From: an uncultured Thermoplasmatales archaeon
Lineage (GTDB): Archaea > Thermoplasmatota > E2 > UBA202 > DSCA01
Direction of reading: 5' to 3'
DNA: 45,972 bases
NCBI GenBank assembly: GCA_964514975.1
Contig: CAZESS010000001.1
Location: forward strand, 126,297 to 172,268
Each line of letters begins with the position of its first letter. The first letter of the stretch is position 1. Position numbers and translations under genes: made by a program. Positions 26,927-37,367 of the stretch are shown here, one piece after another. The notes under the pieces are model-generated. The model made no database searches. It worked only from the letters and a program-made list of their open reading frames with translations, and was not told where the DNA came from.

Positions 26927-29900
26927 ATGAACGGAAAAACAATATTGAAAGAATACAAGAAGTTAGCATGTTTTTTGGTTACAGGTATTTTTTTATTGGG
27001 TGCTGTCCCCGGTACAATTGTGGACGTAAAAGCACAAGAAAACACTCAGATAATAGTCCCAGTTCCCGGCTCAGTGAGCGGTTCGGCTGGCACAGGAAAA
27101 GAGTGGGAAGGAACCATCGAGGTGCCAGCAGGCTTAAAACAACTAAAAATAGAACTAGACTGGGGTGCTAACGATGTTTCTGGTGCTTGGTTCTATCCTG
27201 TTGTTACGGATCCGTCAGGTAATAAACATGGGCTTAATCATAACCCACTCCATTATTCTGGAGCAAGTAAACCACAGTATTATATATTTGATACTCCGCA
27301 AACTGGCGATTGGCAAATAAAAGTTGGTGTTTGGACTGGAGTAACTGGCACTCGAGACTTTAAAATTACAACAAAAACTTCAAAAGATATTAAGTTGGAA
27401 AATAGAAAAATATTCATGACACAAGGCTCGGGGATTGCTGGTCCGAGTTTTGTCGAGACATATTTGCCAGATGGTGAGACTTTTCATTCTGGAGATACTA
27501 AAAGAGTCAAGATTTGTACGGGTTCTACAGATGTTAATTCTATCAAAGGACGTGGAGCAGTAACTGTATCTGTTCCTAAACAGAGCACCAACCTTGTCAA
27601 AGACGAAATGAATACGTATTTCTGGAACGCGTTTTTGTGCCATGGAACTACTTATGAGGGAGTTGAATCTATAATAGCTTTTCAAAAAGCAATCAGTATA
27701 ATTACAGGAGCATTCACTCCCCCTACAAGCACAATATTTCAAACAGTTGCAGAAAAGATTTTAGATATGATTAATTGGTTACAAACACGGGATTACTCCT
27801 ATGGAGGCGGCCCTACAGGCCCCGAATGGACGAATACAAATAATTATGATATATACTCCTTTGAATACAGCACCGGACCTATGTATAGTGGATACGCTTG
27901 CAATAGAATTGAGGTAACACTGCCTATCGAGTTGAAAGGAAATAAAAATATCCCGGTACATATCCATAATTCCTACACATGGTGGGATGGATTGTATACC
28001 ACCAAGAATGTAGGCCACGAAGAAACGATTATATTAGAGCCTAAACCAGACTTCAATGTCGAAACTGTTTCTAAAAATTATTACTATGAGAGAGATGAAG
28101 TTGCTAAAGTGAAAGTAAATGTAACAAATAACAGAGATGAAGATACGGATATTTGGTTAGGCACTACCTTCAAAGGTCCAGAAGGAAATGAATACGATAT
28201 CCCGCTTAAACACTCAAATATCCCCAAAGACAAAACAAAATCATTTGATATAAACTGGAGAATACCTTCAACTGCTGCGGCGGGTCAGTATGAGATAGCT
28301 GTTAATTGCTGGAAGAGCGGAGCACAAACCGAGAAATATACTGATAATCTTGAGTGGCAGTCGATTTTTTATGTTCCTAATCTAGATATAGTAACTCCTA
28401 CTACCTCCAGACCAGCCATTGTTGGTGACCCATCACACCCAGTAGAATTCTTTTTAAAATTAGATACAGGCTTAAAAGATATGACTTCGTGCTATCTAGC
28501 AAATGCGTTCGACATCGAAATTGGTGGAAAAGAGGCAAATTTCCAGTTGTACAACATAGACCGTGAGAACAATTATTATTTTAAGGTAACTCCCCCCACA
28601 CAGGCAAGTGAAGGTAACTATGATTTGGAAGTAAGCATGGACGCCGGCGACATCTCGGACACGGAGATTGAGCCAAACGCGGTCACATATTCGACAGGCG
28701 GAAATGCAGATGTCGTGGAAGTCATCGACCGCTCCGGGAGCATGAGCGGACGAAAGATAGACGATGCCAAGAACGCAGCGAACTTATTCGTCGACAAAAT
28801 GACCAACGGAGACTACATAGGAGTATGCTCCTACAGTAGCGGCTCATCGGTCAACTATCCCCTCACCGAAATCACTTCTAGCGCCATAAAGCAAAACGCA
28901 AAAAACTCTATTAATGGCATCGCGGCCGGAGGAATGACTTCCATCGGTGCCGGACTGCAATCTGCGTACAGTCAGCTCGTCAGCAGCGGCGACCCCGGAC
29001 ATCCATGGACGATTATCCTGATGACGGACGGCCATCATAACACCGCTCCCGATCCAGACAGTATCCTGCCCGACCTAAAGACGAACAATATCAAGGTATA
29101 TACCGTTGGCCTGGGAAGCAATGCAGATGCGAACTTGTTAACTCATATAGCGGAGGAAACAGGCGGCCAGTATTACTTCTCACCCAGCGAGAAAGAATTG
29201 GTAGCGATCTATAACACCATCTCGGGACAAGTGAAAGCTGAAAGCATACTAAAAACGATGGATGGAGCCGTCCAGAAGGGAAAGAAAGAGGTAGAAACGG
29301 TGCATGTTGACCCCTCGTTGGATGTCGTTACCTTCACCGTTACGTGGCCATCCGGCACAATAGACACTGTGCTCACACAACCTGACGGCAGCGTCGTAGA
29401 TCCTGCCGATGCCGGGGTATCCCACACAAAAGGCTCAAATCACGAAATATACACGATCGACGACCCGAATGCAGGAAGCTGGCAACTCGAACTCACCACC
29501 CCGCTCTCCGACCCGCCATACACCGTCACCGTCACGGGGACCACAAACGTCACCTTCGACATGTTCACCGATAAAAATAGCTACGCCACCGGTGAGCCAA
29601 TCCAGGTCATTACAACCCTTTCAGATAACGGTGCTGCAGTAACCGGAGCGACAGTAACGGCAAACATTACCCGACCTGACACCTCGACCACCAGCATGCG
29701 TCTCTATGACGATGGAATGCATGGCGACATGGCGGCCGATGACGGCGTATACGCAAACTACTATACAGATACGGGAGCCACCGGAAGCTATGTAATCAAC
29801 GGCCAGGCCACGGGCGCCGTGGGCCCCGACACCTTCATAAGAGAGGCTACGAAGTCAGTGACTGTCTCCGGAACCTCATCGGGCGGACTCTCAATAGCCC

Positions 29901-32134
29901 CTGCATCATGGGAGACAGACACGATACATAACGGAGAATACGCACTGAAGTCGTTTACCGTGCATTCATCATCGCCAAACGACGAAACAGTCTCCCTGTC
30001 GGCAACTGACTTCGTAAACGAGTCAAAACAGATAGGCCCGGATAACGCCTTCTTCGTACCCCAGACCTTCACAGTTCCGGCCGGCGGCGACAAAACCATC
30101 TTTGCGGTTGTTTCCATCCCTGACAATGCGCGCACTGGCAATTACACGGGGCACATTCTCCTCCAGAGCAGCGCGAATTCCCTTAGCATTCCCACAACTC
30201 TATGTGTGGAACAACTCAAAACTGATTTACACATTGAAATGCAGGATTCCCCATCTCGTGTCAAGCCAGGCGACAACCTAACATACACCATCGACATAAC
30301 AAATACCGGCAATATACCTGCACAAACCGTCAGCATCAGGGAAACCTATGATACCAACTTTGTTCCGCTGACCTTCAGTCCTGCCCCCGATGCGGGTAAC
30401 ACGACATGGATGTTCGACTCGATTGCACCGGGTGAAACAAAGACAATACAGATAACGGGCATGGTCGCTGACAACAGCCAGAGCTTCCTGCGCAACGTTG
30501 TCACCTATTCATCAGCCGATACAGACTTAGGGCGCGTGGTAGAGCATACAGAGGTGATATATGCACAGCCGGGTCTCCGGATAGAGGATCCTGCCATGGC
30601 CGAGGCCGGGGATGCCATTCGGTGTAGACTCACATATTACAATGGCGGAGGACTCAACATGACAAACACGAGTCTCAGATTTCACACGCCACATGCCTCA
30701 GTCCAGGAGCAGTATTCCTATGGAACACAGTACAATTCCAGTGACTCAACCGCCGATAGCATATGGAACATTGGAACGTTAAAAGCGCATTCGTCGGAAG
30801 TGATCGAATGCTGGCTGCAGATAGATACACCGCTGGACAACAACACCATCCTGCCGTTCCGGGCTGAGCTGGTTTCCGACCAGGCTTCAAAACAGGCAAT
30901 CACCAATATGACAGTGCATTCATCGCCATATCTTACCACCGACATAGAGGATACCCCAGACCCCATCAATGAGGGACAAAACGTAACCTACACTATGACG
31001 GTTCACAACACCGGGAACATGAATGCCACAAATCTGACAGTGACCCATGCTTTCGATGAAATCATGCTACATATCGTCGATAGCGACGGAGGAGACAACA
31101 ACGGCGATGCGCTCATATGGGATGTTGACAAGTTAGCCGTGGGAGAAACTAGAGAATATATTGTGACAGCCACGGCCGACGATGTACAGAGCGAAACACC
31201 TGCCACCAATACGATTGAGGTTGACTGTGAGCAAAACGTCTCCGCATGTTGCTCGGAATCCACGACGATATGCCCGGTATTATCACCACCCGATCTCCAT
31301 GTCAGCCCGGTTGCTCCTACAATAACAGAGGCCAACAATATCCAGTACCTCGTCGAGGTTGCCAATACAGGCCAGCAGGAGGCTACCGGTCTGACGATAA
31401 CGCTTACCTACGACGAAACCCAGATAACAATCATGGGATGTGATGGCGGGACAAACACGGGAGGTAGGGTTACATGGAACCTGACAGAACTTGCCGGAGG
31501 GACAACTACCGCCTTTACCGTCGATGCAGCGGTAAACGATGCTTCCTCCGATATCGCCATATCAGCCGAAGCGACCTGTAACAATGGGGTAGGAGACGTA
31601 AATGAAACCACCACGGCTGTTGTCTGCCAGCCCCCAGCGACCACAGTTGACTTCCATGGATATGCCAGTGAGGAGATATTCCTCGGCGGTATTTACACGC
31701 TTTACAACATCAGGCCAAATACCTCTCTTACTCTGAGCAGCACGGATGCCCCGCCGGCCGATGCAGCCGGCGTAGATGCCACCATGTACCGGGTATGGCG
31801 ATGGGACAGCTCCAACTCGAGATGGGTCAGGCTGGTTGACTGGAAGGAATACGAAAACAAGGCCATCACGTTAGCTACGCTTGGCGAAACCAACGGATAC
31901 CCGCAATCTGGTAAATATTGCATTGACTTTTACAGCGTCGACAAAGCCGGAAACCAGGAGCCGATACAATGGATGGACATATATGTCTCCGAGCCCGCTA
32001 CAGGAGAGGAAGACACAGCCCCGGCCGAGGGAATCTCATCCATGGAGAGGAGCATACCCGGCTTTCAACTGTTCATTCTGTTGGGAGCCGCAGCGACTAT
32101 CTTTCTGCTGATCAGGAAAAAGAAACAGGGATAG
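26927..32134 (+). CDS. Large secreted cell-surface protein: signal peptide, variable N-region, vWA domain, choice-of-anchor-X-like domain, DUF11 repeats and PGF-CTERM
   Basis: GGAGG RBS; MIDAS VIDRSGSM, TSIGAG, MTDG; LYDDG.HGD..ADDGVY; DUF11 units; IPGFQLFILLGAAATIFLLIRKKK. Confidence 0.92.
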   Translation: MNGKTILKEYKKLACFLVTGIFLLGAVPGTIVDVKAQENTQIIVPVPGSVSGSAGTGKEWEGTIEVPAGLKQLKIELDWGANDVSGAWFYPVVTDPSGNKHGLNHNPLHYSGASKPQYYIFDTPQTGDWQIKVGVWTGVTGTRDFKITTKTSKDIKLENRKIFMTQGSGIAGPSFVETYLPDGETFHSGDTKRVKICTGSTDVNSIKGRGAVTVSVPKQSTNLVKDEMNTYFWNAFLCHGTTYEGVESIIAFQKAISIITGAFTPPTSTIFQTVAEKILDMINWLQTRDYSYGGGPTGPEWTNTNNYDIYSFEYSTGPMYSGYACNRIEVTLPIELKGNKNIPVHIHNSYTWWDGLYTTKNVGHEETIILEPKPDFNVETVSKNYYYERDEVAKVKVNVTNNRDEDTDIWLGTTFKGPEGNEYDIPLKHSNIPKDKTKSFDINWRIPSTAAAGQYEIAVNCWKSGAQTEKYTDNLEWQSIFYVPNLDIVTPTTSRPAIVGDPSHPVEFFLKLDTGLKDMTSCYLANAFDIEIGGKEANFQLYNIDRENNYYFKVTPPTQASEGNYDLEVSMDAGDISDTEIEPNAVTYSTGGNADVVEVIDRSGSMSGRKIDDAKNAANLFVDKMTNGDYIGVCSYSSGSSVNYPLTEITSSAIKQNAKNSINGIAAGGMTSIGAGLQSAYSQLVSSGDPGHPWTIILMTDGHHNTAPDPDSILPDLKTNNIKVYTVGLGSNADANLLTHIAEETGGQYYFSPSEKELVAIYNTISGQVKAESILKTMDGAVQKGKKEVETVHVDPSLDVVTFTVTWPSGTIDTVLTQPDGSVVDPADAGVSHTKGSNHEIYTIDDPNAGSWQLELTTPLSDPPYTVTVTGTTNVTFDMFTDKNSYATGEPIQVITTLSDNGAAVTGATVTANITRPDTSTTSMRLYDDGMHGDMAADDGVYANYYTDTGATGSYVINGQATGAVGPDTFIREATKSVTVSGTSSGGLSIAPASWETDTIHNGEYALKSFTVHSSSPNDETVSLSATDFVNESKQIGPDNAFFVPQTFTVPAGGDKTIFAVVSIPDNARTGNYTGHILLQSSANSLSIPTTLCVEQLKTDLHIEMQDSPSRVKPGDNLTYTIDITNTGNIPAQTVSIRETYDTNFVPLTFSPAPDAGNTTWMFDSIAPGETKTIQITGMVADNSQSFLRNVVTYSSADTDLGRVVEHTEVIYAQPGLRIEDPAMAEAGDAIRCRLTYYNGGGLNMTNTSLRFHTPHASVQEQYSYGTQYNSSDSTADSIWNIGTLKAHSSEVIECWLQIDTPLDNNTILPFRAELVSDQASKQAITNMTVHSSPYLTTDIEDTPDPINEGQNVTYTMTVHNTGNMNATNLTVTHAFDEIMLHIVDSDGGDNNGDALIWDVDKLAVGETREYIVTATADDVQSETPATNTIEVDCEQNVSACCSESTTICPVLSPPDLHVSPVAPTITEANNIQYLVEVANTGQQEATGLTITLTYDETQITIMGCDGGTNTGGRVTWNLTELAGGTTTAFTVDAAVNDASSDIAISAEATCNNGVGDVNETTTAVVCQPPATTVDFHGYASEEIFLGGIYTLYNIRPNTSLTLSSTDAPPADAAGVDATMYRVWRWDSSNSRWVRLVDWKEYENKAITLATLGETNGYPQSGKYCIDFYSVDKAGNQEPIQWMDIYVSEPATGEEDTAPAEGISSMERSIPGFQLFILLGAAATIFLLIRKKKQG

Positions 32135-32135
32135 C

Positions 32136-32157
32136 CTTCCTCCCTTTTTCTTTTTTA
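32136..32157 (+). terminator. Pyrimidine/oligo-T archaeal terminator
   Basis: Pyrimidine tract with two T-runs (ccctttttc ttttttt-like) immediately after the stop codon. Confidence 0.55.
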
Positions 32158-32211
32158 GGCTGCAAAGAAAGGCTTAAAACACCCGGGCATATTCACCCTT
32201 GAGGTGTAGAT

Positions 32212-33114
32212 ATGAAACTGATAGAGTGTGTGCCCAACTTCAGCGAGGGAAAGCGCCAGGACGTCATCGACGCCATCATCGGCGAGCTGGACGGCTACGA
32301 CGTCAACATCCTCGACCGGTCGCCGGACGCGGACCACAACCGGACCGACGTCACCTTCATCGGCGCTCCCGATACGGTCAAAAACGCGGCGCTGGCCATG
32401 GCGGAAAAGGCGGTCGAGCTTGTCGACATGACCAAGCACAGCGGCGAGCATCCCCGGATGGGCGCCATGGACGTCGTCCCGTTTATCCCGCTGATGGACG
32501 CGACGATGGAGGACTGCATCGAGCTGGCCCGCGACTTCGCCGAAACATTTGCAGAAAAAACGGGGGTTCCCTGCTATCTCTACGAGGAGGCCGCCACCCG
32601 GCCGGAGCGCAAAAACCTGGCGGCGATACGCAAGGGAGAGTTCGAGGGGCTCCGCGACGCCATCGGCACCGACCCCGAGCGAACGCCGGACTATGGCCCT
32701 GACAGGATCCATCCGACGGCGGGCGCCACCGCGGTCGGCGCACGGTTTTTCCTCATCGCCTTCAACGTCAACCTGGACACCGACGACATCCAGGTGGCGA
32801 AAAACATTGCCAGGGCGGTCCGTCATTCCTCGGGCGGCTACCGGCACGTCAAGGCAATGGGCTTCGAGATCAAGGAGCGCGGCATCGTCCAGGTGTCCAT
32901 GAACATGGTCAACTACCGCGGCACCCCCTTGTTCCGGGTCTTCGAAACCATCAAACAGGAGGCGGCACGCTACGGCGTCAACGTCATCGGCAGCGAGCTC
33001 ATCGGCCTGCTGCCCATGGAGGCATTGCTGGACGTCGCCGACTATTACCTCCGGCTGGAGGACTTCGACCCCGGGCAGGTGCTCGAGCAGCGGATGATGG
33101 AGGACCTCGGATGA
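32212..33114 (+). CDS. ftcD: Glutamate formimidoyltransferase
   Basis: IECVPNFSEG, DADHNR, GEHPRMGA.DVVPF, IRKGEFEG, HPTAGATAVGAR.FLIAFNVNL, QVSMN; GAGGTG RBS. Confidence 0.96.
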   Translation: MKLIECVPNFSEGKRQDVIDAIIGELDGYDVNILDRSPDADHNRTDVTFIGAPDTVKNAALAMAEKAVELVDMTKHSGEHPRMGAMDVVPFIPLMDATMEDCIELARDFAETFAEKTGVPCYLYEEAATRPERKNLAAIRKGEFEGLRDAIGTDPERTPDYGPDRIHPTAGATAVGARFFLIAFNVNLDTDDIQVAKNIARAVRHSSGGYRHVKAMGFEIKERGIVQVSMNMVNYRGTPLFRVFETIKQEAARYGVNVIGSELIGLLPMEALLDVADYYLRLEDFDPGQVLEQRMMEDLG

Positions 33115-33722
33115 GCTTCGCCGCCATGCCGCTCAAGCAGTTCATCGATGACCTCGCATCCGGAAGTCCCACGCCGGGCGGCGGGAGTGCCGCCGCGGTC
33201 AGCGGCGCTACGGCCGCAGCGCTGGCGGAAATGGTCTGCAACCTGACCATTGGCAAGGACCGCTACGCCGACGTCGAAAGCGAGATGCGCGAGCACCGGG
33301 AGGAGCTGGCAGGGCTCCGGGCGCATCTGCTGACGCTGGCCGACGACGACGCTGCGGCGTTCGACGACGTCATGGCCGCATTCCGTATGCCGAAGGGCGA
33401 CGAGCGCAGCCGGGCCATCCAGGATGCCTCGAAACATGCCGCCGAGGTGCCCCTGGAGACGGCGGAGCACTGCATGATGGTGCTGCAACACGCCGAGACA
33501 ATCGCCGCGAAGGGCAACCAGAACTCGGTCACCGACGCGGGCACCGCTGCCCTGCTCGCCCATGCCGGGCTCCATGCGGCGCTGTACAACGTCCGCGTCA
33601 ACCTCGCCGGCATCGACGACGACGGTTTTTGCAGCGACATGGCCGACATGGTCGACGAGCTCACCGGGCAGGCCGGGACACGGCTGTGGGAGACACGGGC
33701 CATCGTCGATGAGGCGCTATGA
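33111..33722 (+). CDS. Formiminotetrahydrofolate cyclodeaminase / cyclohydrolase family
   Basis: LASGSPTPGGGSAAA, MVCNLT.GK, VPLETA, GNQNSVTDA, NVRVNL; ATGA overlap. Confidence 0.94.
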   Translation: MSFAAMPLKQFIDDLASGSPTPGGGSAAAVSGATAAALAEMVCNLTIGKDRYADVESEMREHREELAGLRAHLLTLADDDAAAFDDVMAAFRMPKGDERSRAIQDASKHAAEVPLETAEHCMMVLQHAETIAAKGNQNSVTDAGTAALLAHAGLHAALYNVRVNLAGIDDDGFCSDMADMVDELTGQAGTRLWETRAIVDEAL

Positions 33723-35392
33723 AGTCAGACCTGGAGATCGCCCGGGCGACCGAGCTGGAGCCCATCGGGGACGTGGCGGAGCGCATCGGCATCCGGAGCG
33801 GCGAGCTGATCCCCTGGGGACGGCACAAGTCCAAGGTGTCCCCCGACATCTGGGAGCGCGTGCAGGGCAACCAAGATGGCAGGCTCATCCTGGTAACCAC
33901 GATCACGCCGACGCATGAGGGCGAGGGGAAGACCACGGTGACCATCGGCCTGGCGCAGGCCCTGGCGAAGCTGGGCAAAAAAACGGCGCTTGCTATCCGT
34001 GAGCCATCGCTCGGCCCGACCATGGGTGTCAAGGGCGGGGGAACCGGCGGCGGGTTTTCGCAGGTGCTGCCGATGGAGGACATCAACCTGCATTTCACGG
34101 GCGACCTGTCTGCGATTACGGCCGCCCACAATCTGCTGTCGGCGATGCTGGACAACCATATCTATCACGGCGACGCGTTCCACATTGATCCACGCTACAT
34201 CGTGTGGCCGCGCGTGCTCGACATGAACGACCGGAATCTCCGGAACGTTGTGGTGGGGCTCGGACGGCCGGTTGACGGCATCCCGCATCAGGACTCGTTT
34301 TCGATCACCGCCGCATCCGAGGTCATGGCGATCCTGTGCCTGTCCAGGAGCATCGGGGAGCTCAAGCGTCGCCTCTCCAACATCATCGCCGCCTACACCT
34401 ACGAGGAGGAGCCCGTCACCGCCGCTGATCTCAATGCGGTGGGTGCGATGACGATGCTGCTCCGAGATGCGCTGCATCCCAACCTGGTGCAGACGGTTGA
34501 ACATGTCCCCGCCTTCGTCCACGGCGGCCCGTTTGCGAACATCGCCCATGGCACCAACAGCCTGATGGCCACGCGGCTCGGGCTGAAGCTCGCCGACTAC
34601 TTTGTCACCGAGGCGGGCTTCGGCAGCGACCTCGGCGCGGAAAAGTTTTTCGACATCGTCTGCCGGCAGGGCATGTCCCCCGACGCAGCCGTGATGGTGG
34701 TGTCCATCCGGGCGCTCAAGGTCCACGGCGGCATGTCCCCGGAGGATGCCCATACCGGCAGGTCATATGCCGAGGCCGTCCGGGCCGGTCTGCCAAACCT
34801 GGAAAAGCACGTGGAAAACGTGTCGCTTTTCAACGTTCCCGTCGTGGTGGCGCTCAACCGTTTCTCCGGTGACACCGACATGGAAATCGACGTCGTCGAA
34901 TCATTTTGCGAGGAGCATGACCTGCCGTTCGCGGTCGCCGACGTCTGGGCGGAGGGCGGCGAGGGGGGCGTCGAGCTGGCCGGCAAGGTGGTCGACGTCA
35001 TCCACAACAGCCGGGCGAGCCTTCGGTATCTCTACGAGCCGGAGATGTCGGTCACCGAAAAAATCGAGGCCATCGCCCGCCGGATGTACGGCGCCGACAA
35101 GGTGGTGTACACGGTCACCGCCGAGGAGGACCTCCGGATCATCAAGCAGCTCGGGCTCGAAGATTTGCTCATCTGCATGGCGAAGACGCCCTATTCGCTG
35201 TCGGACGACGCATCCCTCAAGGGACGGCCCGAGGATTTCAAGATCACCATCAAGCAGATACGTATCTCCGCCGGCGCCGGATTCCTGGTGCCCATAACCG
35301 GGAAGATCACCACGATGCCCGGGCTGCCGAAATGTCCCGCGGCCGAGAACATGGACCTGGACAGCGACGGCACCATGCACGGGCTGTTTTAG
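33719..35392 (+). CDS. fhs: Formate--tetrahydrofolate ligase
   Basis: TPT..GEGKTT, REPSLGP..G.KGG..GGG, INLHFTGD, HGGPFANIAHG.NS, TEAGFG.DLG.EKF, MPGLP. Confidence 0.97.
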   Translation: MKSDLEIARATELEPIGDVAERIGIRSGELIPWGRHKSKVSPDIWERVQGNQDGRLILVTTITPTHEGEGKTTVTIGLAQALAKLGKKTALAIREPSLGPTMGVKGGGTGGGFSQVLPMEDINLHFTGDLSAITAAHNLLSAMLDNHIYHGDAFHIDPRYIVWPRVLDMNDRNLRNVVVGLGRPVDGIPHQDSFSITAASEVMAILCLSRSIGELKRRLSNIIAAYTYEEEPVTAADLNAVGAMTMLLRDALHPNLVQTVEHVPAFVHGGPFANIAHGTNSLMATRLGLKLADYFVTEAGFGSDLGAEKFFDIVCRQGMSPDAAVMVVSIRALKVHGGMSPEDAHTGRSYAEAVRAGLPNLEKHVENVSLFNVPVVVALNRFSGDTDMEIDVVESFCEEHDLPFAVADVWAEGGEGGVELAGKVVDVIHNSRASLRYLYEPEMSVTEKIEAIARRMYGADKVVYTVTAEEDLRIIKQLGLEDLLICMAKTPYSLSDDASLKGRPEDFKITIKQIRISAGAGFLVPITGKITTMPGLPKCPAAENMDLDSDGTMHGLF

Positions 35393-35510
35393 CGCCGAGC
35401 TGCACTGGATGAAAAGGAGAGGACGGGGCTGAAAATATGGAGGCAAATCCGTCTTTTCGACCCCGCCCTCAGTGCGATATGAAACGCGTGTTTATATCTG
35501 TTTTCATTTT

Positions 35511-36623
35511 TTAGCCGGATGGAAGAAAGAAATGATGCTCGTAGAAGCCGACGACGTTCCGCATCTCATAATGACGGCCGTCGACATGGATGTCGGCGGT
35601 GAGCGAGCCGGCCAGATAGGGCATCCCGTACCATCCCGTGCCGGCGACGAGATAGTAGCGATGGAACCGCACCGTCGCGTTGACCGACACGCTGCCGTTG
35701 CTGCCCGTGATCCGGAGGCGGGTGGGCTTCCGCACGCCGGCGATGTCCTCCCATTCCAGGTATTCAAGCGTGACGTTTGACATCGGGATATATCGCGTGC
35801 CATGCTCCGTGGCCACGTTGACGCCGCCGTGCCGGTAGGGCCCGTCACCGATTTTCGCTGCACCATAGATAAAGCTGACCGGCGCCGCGGCATCGGTGAA
35901 CTCGCCCCAGTCCCACTGGAGCGGCAGCTTCCGTGAAATCCCCCAGTTGTGGTCATGGTAGCCGACACCCGACATGTCATACTGTTTCAGGTCGCCCATG
36001 TCCCGTAACATGACGCTGCCATGCACCTCGCCGGAGGGAACGGCCGCGTTCCAGCCCATCCATTCCCGGCTGTTCAGCATGTCTCGCCGTCCCCGGATGG
36101 GAGCCGTCAGGCCGGTGACATGCAGGTCGACGTCGACATCCTGCAGCAGATTGTGATAGGTGACATCGTAGCTTCCGTCATCCCGCCGGACGAACCGGTC
36201 GCCGGCGATGGACACGTCACATGTCTCATAGCTCAGCGAATACGGGATACCCGGATAGCTCTTCAGGCTCTTATATGTGGAGCCGTCCTCGTGCATGAAC
36301 AGCATGACCACGCCGACCGCCGACGCAGCCGGATTGTTCAGGTCGCCAAAGGTGAAAAACTCGATGAGCAGACTGTGGCCGTCATCCGTCTTCACGTTCA
36401 GATACCACCATTCATACCACCGCTCGATGTCGCTGTCGTTCTGATAATATTTAAAATGAGCCGCATTGTCAACCCCGCCGCCGTCATCCGCCGTCGCCTG
36501 TGTTGCCTGCCCCGCCGCCGGATGGTCAACCACGCCGTCATCCGGCTGCTGCATCTCGGCAGTGAGCCCCGCGGTGCCCGCGACAACGACGATGCCGATG
36601 ACACAGAGTGCAAGCAAACGCAT
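35511..36623 (-). CDS. Secreted CrtC/AttH-like (lipocalin-type beta-barrel) protein, hydratase/cyclase-like
   Basis: WYEWWYLNV, GVGYHDHNWG, WDWG motifs; signal peptide MRLLALCVIGIVVVAG; GGAGGTG RBS before ATG 36623. Confidence 0.65.
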   Translation of the reverse strand: MRLLALCVIGIVVVAGTAGLTAEMQQPDDGVVDHPAAGQATQATADDGGGVDNAAHFKYYQNDSDIERWYEWWYLNVKTDDGHSLLIEFFTFGDLNNPAASAVGVVMLFMHEDGSTYKSLKSYPGIPYSLSYETCDVSIAGDRFVRRDDGSYDVTYHNLLQDVDVDLHVTGLTAPIRGRRDMLNSREWMGWNAAVPSGEVHGSVMLRDMGDLKQYDMSGVGYHDHNWGISRKLPLQWDWGEFTDAAAPVSFIYGAAKIGDGPYRHGGVNVATEHGTRYIPMSNVTLEYLEWEDIAGVRKPTRLRITGSNGSVSVNATVRFHRYYLVAGTGWYGMPYLAGSLTADIHVDGRHYEMRNVVGFYEHHFFLPSG

Positions 36624-36686
36624 CGCACCTCCCAACAGCTCGCCATATATATGCGTTACGCCCATGAATGTATCCATGCCCCGTTG

Positions 36687-37367
36687 CTAGTTCACCGGCA
36701 GCGCCAGCGCCAGGATGAGAAACGGCAGGCCGAGCTTCGCGAGCAGGATGCTCTGATTGCGCACCCGGGGGCTCCAGCCATAGTCATCAAGACGGTAAAA
36801 CAGCAGCCAGCCATACTGGGAAAAAAAGGCAAACAGGGACAGCAACACCACCTTCAGCCATATCATTCCCTCGACCTCTGTAAAGGCATCCAGGCCGTGA
36901 TGCAGGCTGCCGACCTGCACATAAAACGAGCCGATGACCAGAAACATCGCCCCGAACGCCATCTGCGCCTCGCTGTGCAGCAATCCCTCCGCATACATGC
37001 ACACGACAGCGCCGATACCCGCGAACACCATCACCGGCCAGCCCGCCCGCAGCGTCAAAAACACGGCGATGACCAGCAGCACCAGCAGGGTGACGAGCAG
37101 CAACATCTTCAGCATGCGCCGGGACAGCGTCGCCCGTTCCTCCAGGTCATAATGGAACAGGTCATGGATGGTATGCGACAGCAGATAATGCGCGAGAAAC
37201 CCGCCAAGCGAGGTGAGGCCCAGCGCCAGCCATGAAACGTTATCCAGCGATGGAAGCACCCCCGTGCTGTAGGCAAACAGGCCGCCGAGCAACGGAAACA
37301 GGCCGCCCGTGATAACCGAGGTGGCGACGGTAAACGGAGACACCATCCCCTTCTGCTCGAGCGACAT
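36687..37367 (-). CDS. Multi-pass membrane protein, weakly UbiA/MenA prenyltransferase-like
   Basis: About 7-8 TM segments; HTIHDLFHYD in the position of the NDxxD loop; starts directly after the prenyl synthase stop. Confidence 0.55.
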   Translation of the reverse strand: MSLEQKGMVSPFTVATSVITGGLFPLLGGLFAYSTGVLPSLDNVSWLALGLTSLGGFLAHYLLSHTIHDLFHYDLEERATLSRRMLKMLLLVTLLVLLVIAVFLTLRAGWPVMVFAGIGAVVCMYAEGLLHSEAQMAFGAMFLVIGSFYVQVGSLHHGLDAFTEVEGMIWLKVVLLSLFAFFSQYGWLLFYRLDDYGWSPRVRNQSILLAKLGLPFLILALALPVN

